Shown piece by piece: positions 37,235 to 51,613 of a DNA stretch of 64,000 bases. The position numbers and the translations under genes were made by a program. The first letter of the stretch is position 1. Each line of letters opens with the position of its first letter. Source of the DNA: Azolla caroliniana (taxonomy: Eukaryota; Plantae; Polypodiophyta); assembly GCA_043228905.1 (NCBI GenBank), contig JBHGNT010000004.1, forward strand, positions 14,508,001 through 14,572,000, read 5' to 3'. The notes below the pieces were generated by a model, which made no database searches, was not told the DNA's origin, and saw only the letters and a program-made list of their open reading frames with translations.

Positions 37235-40200
37235 ACGCCGGAGCAGAACGGCGTGGCCGAGAGAAAGAATCGGTCAGTTGTGGAAGCGGCACAGGCAATG
37301 CTGGAGGAGAAGAGCTTGCCCAAGTTCTATTGGGCCGAGGCAGTAAGGACCGCTCGTGGTATACATCCAGAACCAGATCGGAGACAAGGTGTCGGCGCAC
37401 GAGCTATACTTCGGAACGAAGCCGAATTTACGACACTTGAGGGTGTTCGGTAGCATTGCGTATGTGCATATACCGAAGGAGAAAAGGAGGAAGCTGGACG
37501 CAAAGGCCGAGAAATGCATCTTGGTCGGTTACTCGGACGAGCAGAAGGGTTATAAGTGATATAACCCTCGCACCAAACAAGCGCGTGTCAGCCGCGATGT
37601 TGTGTTTGACGAGTCCGCGTCCTGGTACCTGCCCCCGACTATGAACCCCGACTCCAATCCGAGCTCTGACGATGAGGTCAGCGAGGCCGAGATGCCTCCG
37701 GATGAGCCCGAAATTGAGACTCGCGAAGAGAGTCCGATTTCACTCCGGTTAAGTGGACCGATTGGACGGCTAAGTCGGTACGACCAGTCCGATAAAGAGT
37801 CGGCGAGTAGTGGAGACTCGGCCGTGCATTCCCCGCGCAAGAAGCCGAGGAGACGGCTTACACGCAAAGAGAAAGGGAAGAAGAAGGTGTCGGATTCCGG
37901 CTCGGATAGGAATGAGTCAGACCGACGTGAGTCCGACTCTGAGGGAACCGGTGACGGGTCTTTAAAAGTGAAGTCTGCGTCGATCGAGAAGGCCTCGACA
38001 TCGGCTAATGCGAGATTACGCCGATCTACCCGCCAAAAGAATCCTGTTTTGCAGTTCGGATACAACGAGTACATGGCGCATCATTATGCATACATGACCC
38101 GTGTAGCGGAAGTGCGTGAGCCGGAGAGCTACGCAGAAGCAGCTAAAGACACGAATTGGCGTGCCGCGATGGAGGAAGAGATGCACGCATTGGCGGAGAA
38201 CGAGACCTGGGACCTGGTTGACGCACCAAGAGGGGTAAAACCGATCGGGTGTAGGTGGGTGTACAAAGTCAAGTACAACACCGATGGCTCGGTCAACCGG
38301 TACAAGGCTCGGCTAGTGGCAAAGGGCTACGCGCAGAAGCACGGCATCGACTACGATGAGACATTTGCGTCGATCGTGAAAATGACGACCGTCCATGTTT
38401 TGCTCGCAGTAGCCGCGGTCAAGGGGTGGCACCTACATCAAATGGATGTAAAGAATGCGTTCTTGCAAGGTGACCTTGAGGAACATCAAATGGATTTCCC
38501 TCCGGAACAAACTCCTTGGCAGTATGCCGACTGAAGAAGTCCCTTTACGGACTGAAGCAAGCCCCGCGTGCCTGGAACGCGAAGATCACGCAACAACTGC
38601 GTCGGATGGGCTTCGTCACGTCAAAATCGGACTCTTCCCTGTTCATCCGAAAAGGTCGACTCGGACCGGTTAGTATTCTACTATATGTCGATGACTTGGT
38701 CATCACCGGCGCCGACCTAGGCGAAATCGACCGCGTGAAGCTCCAGCTTGCGGCATCGTTCGACATGAAGGATCTGGGGGACCTTCATTACTTCCTCGGG
38801 ATCGAAGTGATCCGTACCCCCGAAGGCATATTGATCAGCCAACGTCATTACGTGTTGGGTATGCTCTTCAAACTCGGGATGGCCGACTGTAAGTCCGTCT
38901 CGATACGGGAGAGGTATGCGACCCGACGAGGTTCCGACAAATTGTCAGAAGCCTCATATACTTGACCATCACCCGACCCGACCTCAGTTATCCGGTCGGG
39001 GTGATCAGTCAGTTCATGGCGCGACCTACCGAGGAGCACCTTCAGTGTGCGCAACGCGTACTGCGGTACGTAAGTGGCACTAAGGACCGAGGACTGCTAT
39101 ATTGGACCGGTGCAGCCGCGCAGTTAGTCGGCTACACCGATGCTGATTGGGCTGGCAACGCCGCCGATCGCCGATCCACGTCCGGATACGCGTTCTCCCT
39201 TGGGAGTGCCGCGATCGCGTGGAGCAATAAGAAGCAGCCGACAATTGCACTATCGAGCACCGAAGCTGAGTACCGAGGAGCGGCTGTCCCGACATGCGAA
39301 GCCATATGGTTGAAGCGGCTACTTAAGGACCTGCAAGCGGAGGTGTCAGATCCGACGACGATCTACTGCAACAACCTCAGCAGCATCCAGCTCGCGAAGA
39401 ACCCCGTTTTCCACGCACGGACCAAGCACATTGAGGTGCACTACCATTTCGTCCGTGAGCGTGTCCTTTCCGGTGAAGTCGAACTTCAGTACGTGCCGAC
39501 GGATCGGCAGACTGCCGACATCTTCACAAAGCCTCTTGGTCTGGACAAGTTGCGGCAATTCTCAGGTGCGCTCGGGTTGCGTCACCTCGATGTGCCGAAC
39601 TTGAGGGGGAGAACAGTCCCGAACGACCAAGCAAGGCAGCAGGAAAGGAGCGGAGACCGTGACACCGAGTTGGTTGTCCGCAACACCGAGTCGGTTGACG
39701 AGTTCGACTTCGGATCGGTTGAAGAAGCCGAGGGCGGACCCGCGGAAAAGTCCGGAAGCGGACAGAAGGGGAGCAGTCGAAGGAGAGAGTTGAAGCCAAC
39801 CACGCATGGGGGAGATGACGCCATCGAGGGCGAGAAGACTGAAGACAAGTTGGAGACAGCCAACTCGGACGAGAGAGAAAACCGATCGGAGGTAGCCGAG
39901 TCGGTTCGGATGTTTGATTCAGACACGTTGAATCAACCGAGGCCCAAGCGGAAGAAAAGGCAGCAGAAGAAGTGTCGACACCGCAACAGCAGAAGAGCTG
40001 ATAAGGGCCACATGAGCAGACAAGCCGACCAGAAGGGTCGAAGCGCGCGGAGTCGAACAGGTCGAGGAGCGCGAGCGAGGCGTGAAGCCAGGAGGAACCG
40101 GAGTTGTGAAGATCCCGAAGAGCCTCAAGTTGAGCTTGAGGGGGAGTGTTGAGAGACAAGCTCAACATTGGCCGGATTGGCTGAAGAAGTCGAGGACCGG

Positions 40201-40533
40201 ATCGGTTGGGACCGATCGGTTAGGCCGTTAGGAAAGATATTCCGTGAGGAATATATTTGGGAATTAGTGTAAGAGCTCTTAATGAGCATTGAAGTACTGT
40301 CAGTACTTCGGTCAGTCCTCCTAGGACTTGTACAAAGTGTTCATTGAACACATATATGTTTGTTGTTGTTTTTTTTCTTTAGAAAAAATATACACACATT
40401 CTTTTTTGGTGTCTTCTCTCTCACTCTCTCGGTCTCTCCCGCGTATACTGTGTAAGCTCAAGCTCTCCATTAAACCTGAGTGTTCTTCCTTCTGTTCTGT
40501 CTTTATACTTGCTTCCGCACGCTACTTTCTACA
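37235..40533 (+). mobile_element. 3' half of a Ty1/Copia (integrase-RT-RNase H, 3' extension, 3' LTR 40147-40533)
   Basis: [41 protein letters not shown]; PPT gagggggag followed by tgttga...ctaca. Confidence 0.92.
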
Positions 40534-40985
40534 ACCATCAAGCATAGGGTCTCTGGGACCATAACTTAAGCACACACTCGAGGTGCCTCTAAGATACCTA
40601 AGGATCCACTTAACTGTAGCCCAATGCTCCTTTCTAGGATTACTCATGAATCTACCAACAACCCCAACAACAAAGGCAATATCAGGGCTAGTGCAAACCA
40701 TGTTGTACATCAAAGCTACCCATAGTTAAAGCATAAGACACCTTCTTCATCTCTACTTTATCCTTCTCACTCTTTGGACATTGACAAGAATTCAACCCAT
40801 AATTCAACTCCATGTCCATTGGCAGTGTAGAGCTAATGGATTTAGCCTTATCCATGTTAAATCTTTGTAGTACTCTTATAACGTATCTCTCTTGTGACAA
40901 CCACAACATGTTTTTCATCTTCTCATGTACTATGCGCATCCCCAAAATCTATTTTGCAGGGCGTAAGTCCTTCATAGCAAACTCG
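40534..40985 (-). mobile_element. Old Copia RT fragment
   Basis: MKDL...LWLSQERY...MVCTSPDIAF...KWILRYLRGT, similar to 50100-50520. Confidence 0.8.
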
Positions 40986-41009
40986 AAAAATAGTCTCATG
41001 GAATGTTTT

Positions 41010-41435
41010 GATTACAGGATATGGTCAAGTTGGAGAAATTGAAAATGTTTTCTCTGTATTTGACTAGATGAGAAGAAATGGAGTTTTACCAAATCTGATC
41101 ATCTTTCTAGTTGTGCTCAATGCTTGTAGTCATACATGCGTGGTAGATAAAGGTCAAATAGATTGTGAAGCCATGACTGGAAATTACGGAATTCATCCAT
41201 TGGTTGGGCATCAAATCTGTATGGTTGATTTGTTTAACTGTGTAGGCCAATTGGATGAAGTAGTAGAACTAGTGAAGAAAATACCATCCCACATCCCAAT
41301 ACTATATAATGTGGCTTACTATGCTAGGTGCTTGTTGAAACTGCGGAAATGTAGATCTTGGAAAGCAAGCTTTTGAAGAAACAATGAGTCTGCGTATGTC
41401 TCTATGTACAACATCTATGCAAATGCTGATATATT
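41010..41435 (+). pseudogene. Pentatricopeptide-repeat (PLS-class, E-domain region) gene fragment
   Basis: MRRNGVLPNLIIFLVVLNACSH...GIHPLVGHQICMVDLFNCVGQLDE matches PLS-PPR C-terminal motifs; upstream stop and downstream frameshift. Confidence 0.8.
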
Positions 41436-41999
41436 ATAAGAAACAAACATGTGGTATTTATTACATATAATGATGAGCATGATGGAATGGAAGAATAATG
41501 ACGTAGTATCTATCCACATATGGACAACTAACTTAGAACTACATGGATGAACATATGGACATCCATTCTTTTTAGTTTTCCTCTCTAAGTCTTTGAGCTC
41601 TCTTATTGGCCTATCATGGCCACAACCTTTATAATGTTGTTAGACTAATCATTTCGTCATGTATGAAGAATTTTTCTTTTGGAAAAAAAAGAGAGTCCTT
41701 CATAGCTCTGTTTTGGGTATGATTGGGTTTGTCCCAACTCGTTTTTGGGACTCATTGGGTCGGTCCCAACTCACTTTGGGACCACGTTCCAGTTGGGATT
41801 GCTCGGGAATGAATGAAGTTTGGTATCGAGGAGGGAAGGGACGGAGTAGGAGCAACAACATCACAATGAAGAAGAGGAAGAGAATGCCTCTATCTATCTT
41901 CAGACATTATAATGATGGGGCCAATTATGTATAGATATATGTACATACATACATACATATATATAAATTAGTACCAAAATAAAATAAAACAAACTACAT

Positions 42000-42295
42000 A
42001 AACACACACACACACGCACGCACGCACACCCCACCGAACCGAGCCGAGCCGAGCCAAGCCAAGCCAAGCCAAGCCAAGCCAAGCCAACGGTTTCGGGGAA
42101 ATTGAACAGTCCCTTTCTCTCTCTCTCTCTCGTTTTTCACAACCCCCCCCCCCCCCCCCCCTCTCTTTCTTAACACACACACGCACGCACGCACGCAACT
42201 GTACGCTCTCCCTCTCTCTCTGTGTTTTCTTCTCACGCCATCGCCAGACCTCTCTTCGACACAGGTACTCTCTCTCTCTCTCTCTCTCTCTCTAT
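42000..42295. repeat. Microsatellite cluster in the SPIRAL1-like promoter/5' region: (CA)n, (CGCA)n, (GCCGA/GCCAA)n, (CT)n, poly-C
   Basis: Directly visible. Confidence 0.9.
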
Positions 42296-42637
42296 GTTTC
42301 TCTTTTCTTCTCGTCATAGGTATTCATCACTCTCTTCCACGCTTCTACACAACTCGTCTTCTTTCTCTACATTCTGCATCCCTAGGGTTTCTTCCCACCC
42401 ACCCCCACCTCCACCCCCATCTGCTTCTTTCCATTCTAGATCCTGCATTCTTCTTGTCCGGGGCTCATCATTCCTCCCTTCGGTCACAGATCGGGAGCTC
42501 TGATCCTTTCTTTTTGTGCAGAAAGATACCATCTTATTTTGTGTTCTCACCGTACCGACGTGGTTTTCTAGCCTTTCTTTCGTGCTTCACAAGTGTGTTC
42601 GTTTTTGTTCTACTTTTTTGAGGTAGGAAGGAAGAGT

Positions 42638-43625
42638 ATGGGAAGAGGAGTGAGCAGCGGTGGAGGACAGAGCTCTCTCGGGTATCTGTTCGGATCCGAT
42701 GAGCCACCAAAAGGATCTCCACCCTCAGCTGCATCGCCACCAGTAACGATGCAAACAGCAGCAGCAGCAACATCTGTGTCTGGCATGAGTGAGGTGAAGG
42801 AGAATCATCCTCATCCTCATTCTCATCCTCCTCCTTCTGTGAATCAAGCTCCTGCGGGCATCAAGACACCCGTCTCTGATATCAATGGCGTCAACCCTGA
42901 CATCCCTGCCGGTCAGCTTGGTAGCAATCCCAACAATTACCATCGTGCTGATGGACAAAATACAGGAAACTTCATTACCGTAAGTCTCTTCTTTCCTTTC
43001 CTCTTCCTCGTCTGCTGACTTCTTTTTTGTGTATTTAAACGGTTGTCATGTAAAGGAGCCAGTTTCATTACCTGGTCACATGCAGATCGTTAGCATTCTG
43101 AACTAAGTAGGTTAGGAATTTCATTGTGTTTTGTTTTGGTTTTCTTTTCGTTTATAAAAGGATGGTGCTTGTCGCGTAACCTACACATGGTGATGGAAGG
43201 TATCACTAAGCGTTACTGTGTTAATGCGAAGCTTTTGTAACTCAACTGGGGTGATGCTCTTTTGTAACATGCTGAAAGACACAACATATTTATTTATCTC
43301 TAAAACTGATCCGTGTTTAACGAAAGAGAGATAAAAGTAGAATATGCAAGCTTATAGTAGGCCTTTCCAGATGACCAAACCTAACCAAAAGTACGTATAG
43401 ATACATAGGTATGTTGTTACAGCGCATATATGACTGAATATGATCTCTGGGATGGGCCTAGCCCTAGTTTGCACCAAAGTTTGGATAGAAGAGGTGTTGT
43501 GATTCATTTTTAATCAAATTTTTTCTTTCTATGTGTTTGATTTTTGACAGGATCGGCCTTCGACCAAAGTACATGCGGCCCCAGGTGGTGGATCTTCCCT
43601 TGGATACCTGTTCGGTGGTAACTAA
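42638..43625 (+). CDS. SPR1: SPIRAL1-like microtubule-associated protein, 138 aa; exons 42638-42979 and 43551-43625
   Basis: Conserved N-terminus MGRGVSSGGGQSSLGYLFG and C-terminus NNYHRADGQNTGNFIT|DRPSTKVHAAPGGGSSLGYLFGGN*; phase-0 GT-AG intron 42980-43550; probable 5' UTR intron ~42265-42625. Confidence 0.96.
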
Positions 43626-46379
43626 CCCAGAGTTTGTCTTGAGCTTGCGTTTCGTGGTTGACCTTGATATAAATCTTTTGAGCTCTATCTCTTTAGTATT
43701 TATGACTTTAATCTTGGTATGGCATAATTTGGGTGCAATTATGAAGCTACATTCTGGTAGAATGGATGATGATTTTACTGGACTCGATTCTGAAATATAA
43801 CTGTTGTCATGATAATATTTTTAATCAAACCAAAACAAATTATTGGAGTTGCTTAACTATGAGATTTTATCCTGTACTTCACCTGTTCTTCTTTTGCTCG
43901 AAATGCTTCTTCTTTTGCTCTAGATGCGTGTCACCCTTATAAGACTCGGAGTGCCTTATAAGCAATACATCATGGGGTGATTCCGACTTGTCACTCATTC
44001 TATAAAATCTAATCTACTTTGAAGATACGGAGTTTTACATGTTTTGGTCATGTCATATTCTGACAAATGATCAACGATTGGTCAGCCTTTATGATTAACG
44101 AGGATATATATATGTATATATACACACGTCTAAATGTATATACATGAATATGCACTTGCTTGAAATGGAGGATCTTAATCTGGCTTCAATGCCTGTTGAA
44201 TGAAATATTAATATTTTGTTTTTCTGCTGTTTATGGCTTCTGAAACGGGAGGGGGGATTCTATGCCTGTTGAATGGGAAGGTAGTTGATAGGGATCAGGT
44301 ATCCTGTTCTATTTGTTTGATCTATAATTGGTTTATCCCCTTATATTTCAATTTAGAATGGGTGAGAGTGAGTAGTTAAGAATAGAATCAGGTTATCCGT
44401 CTTCTTTATACGATGTGGAATCTTATATACGCTGATAAAATATTCAATCATCTGTTGCAGACGGATTCTCATCATTCTTGGGGTTTGATGCTTGTATCCT
44501 TAGCATCAGTTTTAGGTGGGGCTTCATTGCTCATTTGCCTGCAATCTTTAATGGTAAATGGATTTTGAAGAACTTGCATTTCTGTTAAATCATACTGCAA
44601 AATCAATATAGAGGAAGTGCCTATGCAATAGAAATGAAGGGGCAAAATCTTTTATTGAGTTTGTTTTTGTGACTCAATAATAGAGTCCCAGAGGTATGAT
44701 GTGTTTCTAAAGTATGTTCAAGCTGCGGAGTGTCTAGTGGGTTATCTAAATGCTCCTGTTTTGAACTCATTGAGATTGGAAGCCATGCCTAGTGAGACTT
44801 AGATTCTTGAATCCAGTGGTGTTTCTCCAACTGTTTGGGTTGCGAGAGAACCACTATCAATAGCGTACTTTTGTTTCCTGCCTTGTGTTTATCTGCCAAG
44901 TAGCTGTATGTATGTATTTATGTACGATAGTGGCATTTGTCAGTTCTTACAATTTGTAGAACCAATGATAGGGAATGGTGATCTAATAATAATTATGGAG
45001 AAATTCTTTGCTACAAAAGAGGTTACCTTTATTTAGAACGTTTTACTATTTTTACAAAGTACGAAGCAGATTATTGATTCTCAAGTAGTAACTTGGAACT
45101 TGTAACTAAAATAAAGAGAGTTTGTAACTTGTAAATAAAGGCTTACAATCTAATATATATGAACTACTTGAAAAACCTCTCCTCAATAAATGCTTTTATT
45201 TACATATACCTTAAACCTGTACTCAGATGAAACGGAACACTAGATAAACTAGTCAAACCAATTAGGAAGATAGACCTTCAATAGAGAGAGAACATGAGCT
45301 TTGAGTGATGCACCTGGCTTTGATACATCAAATTGCTAGGGAATTAGATTGCCACTTGAAGAATTAGTATTTTCATTGAGGTAAGTGATAGAATTAGTAT
45401 GTAAAAGAAAGCGTAAAATGAAAAAGATGGTATCGATTGTATTCAAATGTGATCAATGAGAGCTTAAACTTAGGGGTTTGCCTCTAAAGTCTCATCATCA
45501 ATATTGTTTTCTTACTTTCGATATTTTTTACTTGTCCCTATTTAATCTTAAGCTTGATTTTTGTTATTATTTTAATCTTTTAATATATTTGATTTGTCTT
45601 AATTGTTGCTATTTTCTCCAACCACTTTTTCTTTGTCATGATAATTTCCTCACATCCTTTGCTAATAGGGAATCTATCACTCTTGCAGTCTAGAAAGTAT
45701 ATCACATACTTGCTAGGAGTGCTAGTTATTTGGGAGATTCCTTAAAAACTTGACTAGATGTTTTCACAGACCACTCAATCGGACATCCAGATGCTGTACA
45801 CGAAGGCGGATCGGCCCCGTGAGCATGTTGGACGAGGTGGATCGGCACACAATAGTGGCGGCCGACAAGAGAAGGAAAGAAGGCACAAAGGTGGTGCCAA
45901 CAACAGTTCCGGATCCTCCACAAGCAAGGGGAGTCAAGGCGACGCCAGAAACTGGCAAGGAAAGGCCGAAATGAAATGTAGCTATTGTGGCGAAAAAGGC
46001 CACCGGGAGAGTGAGTGTTGAAAGATGTGGGCCGATTTGGACAAATCTGGATCCGGTAAGATCGGACAAGGGATTCGGCAATGCTCGCACTACGCCAAAG
46101 GATCTGAAACTGGAAAGACTGAAAAAGGGTCAGCCTTTGTGAAGAAGACTTCCTCACAATCGGAAGAGGTGTGGTACGTTGACTCTGAAACGTCAAATCA
46201 CATGACGAGCCATGAAGAATGGTTCTCATACTTATAGAAACTAGAGAAATCGGGAGTGGTCGAAACCGGAGACGACTCCCCGCACCCGATCGAACATGTC
46301 AAAGAAGTTCCCCTCAGCCATGTCGGAAAGAAGGAGAAACTTATGAACGTGCTACACGTTCTGACAATCACAAAGAACA

Positions 46380-49300
46380 TGTTGGGAATTCGGTCCCTCC
46401 GGATGGGATCTGGATGAGAACTGGAGGAGCCGAATTAGACAAGTCGGATGAAGGAACCGGATTCGGAAGGGTTCCGGATGAGACTCGGAAACCGGCTCGA
46501 GTGAATATGGATGGATCTGGTGCAAACCGGATCCAAGAACATATGTGTAAATATGTTTCATAGTGAGCCCATCGAGGCTATATTTGTAAATAGCCCTAAA
46601 GTCATATAAGTATAAATATGACTTAGGGCAATCACTTTATAGTATGAGAGTTGTTGATAGAGTGTGTACACAGAGCGTGATATATATATATATATATATA
46701 TATACAGAACTAGTCTTCTGTTGCAACCGCTGGTTTGGCGAAGACATAGAGCTCGAGGTCGTTGCCTCTGAGTCTCACTTTATATTCCTCCGCTCATAGT
46801 AATAGTTGGAGTCCGTGGGCTCCCATGGTTTTTTCCGTTTAGGGTTTTCCATGTAAACATCCAATGTCATCTCTAGTTGTTAGTTAGTTTTCTTCCATTC
46901 GTTGTTTAAGACTCGGTTGTGGCCGAGCGCTATTTTCCGCACAAACGGGTATCAGAGCGAACAAAGGAAATGGAAGAATCATTCGGCGGCATGTTCAAGC
47001 TCACCGGCTCCAACTACCCAGTGTGGAAGTCAAAGATGAGGGACATGCTCGTGGTCAAAGATCTCTGGTTGCCTATATAGTTCGGGGACAAGAAACCGGA
47101 TAAGATCGATGCCGCAACATGGGAGGTGATACACATGAAGACAACGACGTACACCGGGTGCTTCATCGACACGAGCCTATATAACAACTTCAATGAAGAA
47201 AGTAAAGCTCATGTGCTCTGGGAGAAAATTGGCACCATGCTAGAGGGTAAGAACACTGTAAATCGGGTTTCGATATTCTGGAAGTTAGTGAGACTCTAGT
47301 ACCAGGACAGATCCAACATGGCGGAGCAATGAACGCATTTCAGAGGCTCATAAACCAAACAACTACGCTCGAAATACCTCTAGCCGACGAGGTACTTGCA
47401 TTGCTCCTGGTCGGTTCCCTCCCGGATAGTTGGGAGACGTTAGTTATCACTTTGGGCAACGCCGAGCTGGAAGGAAAGCAGTTGTCCATAGCAAGGGTGA
47501 AATCAAGCTTGCTAGATGAAGAAGCTCGCTAGAAGGACTGGGAATCCGGAACTGATTCGAAGGCCCTGGTCAAGGAAGATGACCATCATTGGGGGGGGAA
47601 GAAACCGGTACCGGAGTCCCCAGAACCAGGAAAAGTCGGGGACAAGGTCGAAGTCAAGGGGGAGGCCTACTTGCTTCTATTGTGGGAAGCTAGGACACTT
47701 CTAGAAAAACTGTCGGTATTTCTAGAAAGAGAAAGGAACTGACAGTGCCGATTCGAAGAAGGGTTCGGACCGGAAAGGCTCGAATCGGAAGGGAACATCG
47801 GTGATTGCGACAAGTGAAGAAGAACTGATGCTCATTATCGAGGAGAATGAGGTAAACCTTGTCGGCGACGAGACAACGTGGGTTGTCGATTCCGGAGCAT
47901 CGTTCCATCTGACACCGGACTGGAAATGCTTCTCATCCTACACAACCGGAGATCATGGTTGTGTCCGGATGGGGAATGAAGGTACCTGCCGAATCGTCGG
48001 CACATGACCTATGTGGTTGACGACATCAACTGGGTGCAAGCTGCTACCAAAGGATGTTCGACATGTTCTGGAGGTTTGGTTGAACCTGATATCAGCCGGT
48101 CGGCTAGATGATGAAGGCTACATAGGTAGCATCCAGAACGGAGTCATGAAATTCAACAAAGGAAGCCTAATTGTGGCTCGAGCCCGGAAGATCAACACAC
48201 TTTACCTGGTGCACGCCCAAATATGCCGGGAAGAAGTGAACATAGCATCCGACACTACCGGTGAGCTGTGGCACAAGAGACTGTGTCATATGAGCCAGAA
48301 GGGGATGAGAAGACTTGTCGAAGACAACCTCATTCGAGAGGTGAAAGACGTGCATCTGGAGAAGTGCACCGATTGCTTGGCCAGCAAGCAAAACCGAACC
48401 TCCTTCCGGTCAAGACCACTGTTGAGACGGAATGCACCACTAGAGCTGGTGCATACTGATGTGTGTCAAGTGGACACGAAGTCACATGCCGGATCGCAGT
48501 ACTTCGTGACGTTCATAAACTACCACAACCGGAAGCTGTGGGTCTCACCGTTGAAGAAGAAGGATTAGGTGTTGTCCATCTTCAAGGAGCTCCACGCGAG
48601 AGTGGAAAGAGAAACCGACCGGAAGCTAACAGAGGAGAATACCGGGGGCAGTTCGAGGATTACTGCCGATCAAAGGGAATCCGGCTCGAATTTACCATGC
48701 CGAAGACGCCGGAATTGAACGGGCTGGCTAAACGGATGAACCGGACCATGATGGAGAGAGTCTGAAGCATGCTAGCACATGCCAAGTTACCCAAGACATT
48801 TTGGGCTAAGGCACGGATGATGGCGACCTATGTGATAAACAGATCACCGTCAGCACCCTTGGAAGGAGACTCACCACAGAAAGTATGGACCGGTAAAGAT
48901 GTATCTTACTAGCATTTGAAGGTGTTTGGCTGTCTCGCATATGTGCATGTCGCAAAGGACAAGAGAGCAAAGTTGGATCCGAAGACCCAACCATGCATAT
49001 TCCTTGGATACAACGATGATGAGTTCGGTTACCGGGTGTGGGATCTGGTCGACAAGAAGGTGTTCCGGAGTTGGGACATAGTCTTCATGGAAGACAAGAC
49101 CATTGCCGATTGGGAGTCAAAGAAAAAGGTGATGAACTCCGGATCATCCAAGGAAAACCAGCTTGAGGACACAAGGACTTGCCCGGCTGAAAACCGGATG
49201 TTAGCCGGTAATCGAATGACACTTGACGAAACGACTGGATTCAGACAAGAAACTGAAATGACCGAAGAAGAAGAAGAAGAAGAAGACACCGGAACCGGAC

Positions 49301-51556
49301 AAGATTCTGAATTGGATTCGGATTCGGAACAAACGGAGGAACCGGTAGTCAGAAAGCAAGGACAAAGATACCCTCTAAGAGAGAGAAGAGCCCCCCTGAG
49401 ATTTCCGGATGCAGAGCACGTATTGCTGACCGATGAGGGGGAGCTGGAAAGCTTCGAGGAAGCAAAGAAAGACACCCACAATTGCAAGTGGTTGAGTGCC
49501 ATGCGGGACGAGATGGATTCCCTACATGAGAACCACACATACGAACTAACGAAGTTGCCGAAAGGAAAGAGGGCACTCCGGAACAAGTGGGTGTACAAGC
49601 TGAAACCGGGAGACACCGGAAATCCACCAAGATACAAAGCTCGGATCGTGATGAAGGGGTTCCAGGAAAAGAAAGGAGTGGATTTCGACGAGATATTCAC
49701 CCCGGTAGTAAAGATGACATCCATCTAGATGGTATTGAGCATAATGGCAAGCATGGACCTCGAGGTAGAGCAACTAGACATCAAGATGGCATTCCTACAT
49801 GGAGACCTCGAAGAAGAGATCTACATGCATCAACCGGAAGGATTTGAGAAGAAAGGGAAGGAGCACCTGGTATGCCAGCTAAAGAAGAGCTTGTACGGAT
49901 TGAAGCAAGCTCCTCGGCAATGGTACCGAAAGTTCGACTCCTTCATGACCAACCAAGGGTACCACAAGATGCAAGCTGACCACTGCATGTTTGTGAAGAA
50001 ATTTGTTGGAGGCGACTCCCTGATACTCTTGCTATATGTGGATGATATGTTGATCGTCGGACGAGACCAAGTCAAGATCAAAATGTTGAAGAAGGCTCTG
50101 AACCAGACCTTCTCAATGAAAGACTTGGGTCCGGCAAGACAAATTTTGGGAATGCAAATCATTCGGCACCGGTCGTAGAAGTTGTTGTGGTTGTCACAAG
50201 AGAAGTACGTGACAAAGGTGCTTCAACGGTTCAACATGTCGGAGGCGAAACCGGTCGAATCGACACTTCTGGCAAATTGCAAGTTGTTTGGAAAGCAGAG
50301 CCTGAAAACAAAGGTAGAGAAGTCGGATATGATGAAGATACCATATGCCTCTGCTGTCGGAAGCTTAATGTACGCAATGGTGTGCACTCGGCCGGATATT
50401 GCATATGCTCTCAGAGTAGTCAGCCGGTTCATGAGCAATCCGGGAAGAGAGCACTGGAATGTGATCAAGTGGATACTCAGATATCTGAAAGGCACCTTGA
50501 GTATGTGCCTCCGGTTTGGCTCCGGTAAACCCGAACTTGACGAATTCACGGATTCGGATATGTCGGTTGATGCGGATACCAGTCGGTCTACATCCGGATA
50601 TGTCATGACTTATGTATGGGGAGCTGTATCATGGCTGTCGAGGCTGCAGAAGTTCGTTGCATTGTCAACAATGGAAACGGAGTACATGGCAGCTGTAGAA
50701 GCCGGCAAGGAGATAATCTGGATGAAGGACTTCATCAGAGATCTAGGGATCCGACAGGAGGAATTCCAGCTCTACTGCGATAGTCAAAGTGCCATCCACC
50801 TTGCGAAGAACGCAGCCTACCATTCCCGGACCAAGCACATCCAAAGGAGATATCACTGGCTCTGGGAGAAGGTAAAAGATCAAGACTTCGTGTTGACGAA
50901 GATCCACATGAAGGAGAACGGATCGGATATGCTGACCAAGGTGCTTTCAACCAACAAGTTGGATGCGTGCCGAAGACGGATCGGATTAACGAGAAATTCC
51001 ATGCCAGAGTGAAGAGGGAGGGAGTATGTTGGGAATTCGGTCCCTCCGGATGGGATTTGGATGAGAACCGAAGGAGCCGAATTAGACGAGTCGGATGAAG
51101 GAACTGGATCCAGAAGGGTTCCGATGAGACCCGGAAACCAGATCGAGTGAATCCGGATAGATCCGTGCAAACCGGATCCAAGAACATATGTGTAAATATG
51201 TTTCATAGTGAGCCCATTGAGGCTATATTTGTAAATAGCCCTAAAGTCATATAAGTATAAATATGACTTAGGGGAATCACTTTATAGTATGAGAGTTGTT
51301 GATAGAGAGTGTAGACAAAGCGTGAGAGATAGATAGATAGATAGATTATATTATCATCTTAGGAGGTCAAATATGACCTATGAGAGCAAAAATATTACAT
51401 TTCACGTGATACGTGTGAAGGTGAGTAGCGACTCTCGATGTTCAAGAACTTTACCAATGAATGTTGCAATCGAGAGTGCACATTGTGGTTGTGAGAGAAA
51501 TTCCTGCAAGGATTGGGCGCAATCGAAGAGATGTGGAAAGCATGGTCGAGAGAGAG

Positions 51557-51613
<57 letters not shown>

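Noticed and set aside
42593-43018. Single-exon 141-aa ORF as the gene model
   Set aside because: The conserved start is ATG 42638, and the ORF tail runs into the intron; the conserved C-terminus is in exon 2.
43630-45730. Possible additional gene downstream of SPIRAL1-like
   Set aside because: AT-rich, with no credible ORF or recognisable exon; treated as 3' UTR and intergenic sequence.
49029-49724. Long antisense ORFs over retroelement genes (also 31082-31816, 39524-40168, 16884-17492)
   Set aside because: Shadow frames of the sense coding sequence with no recognisable motifs.
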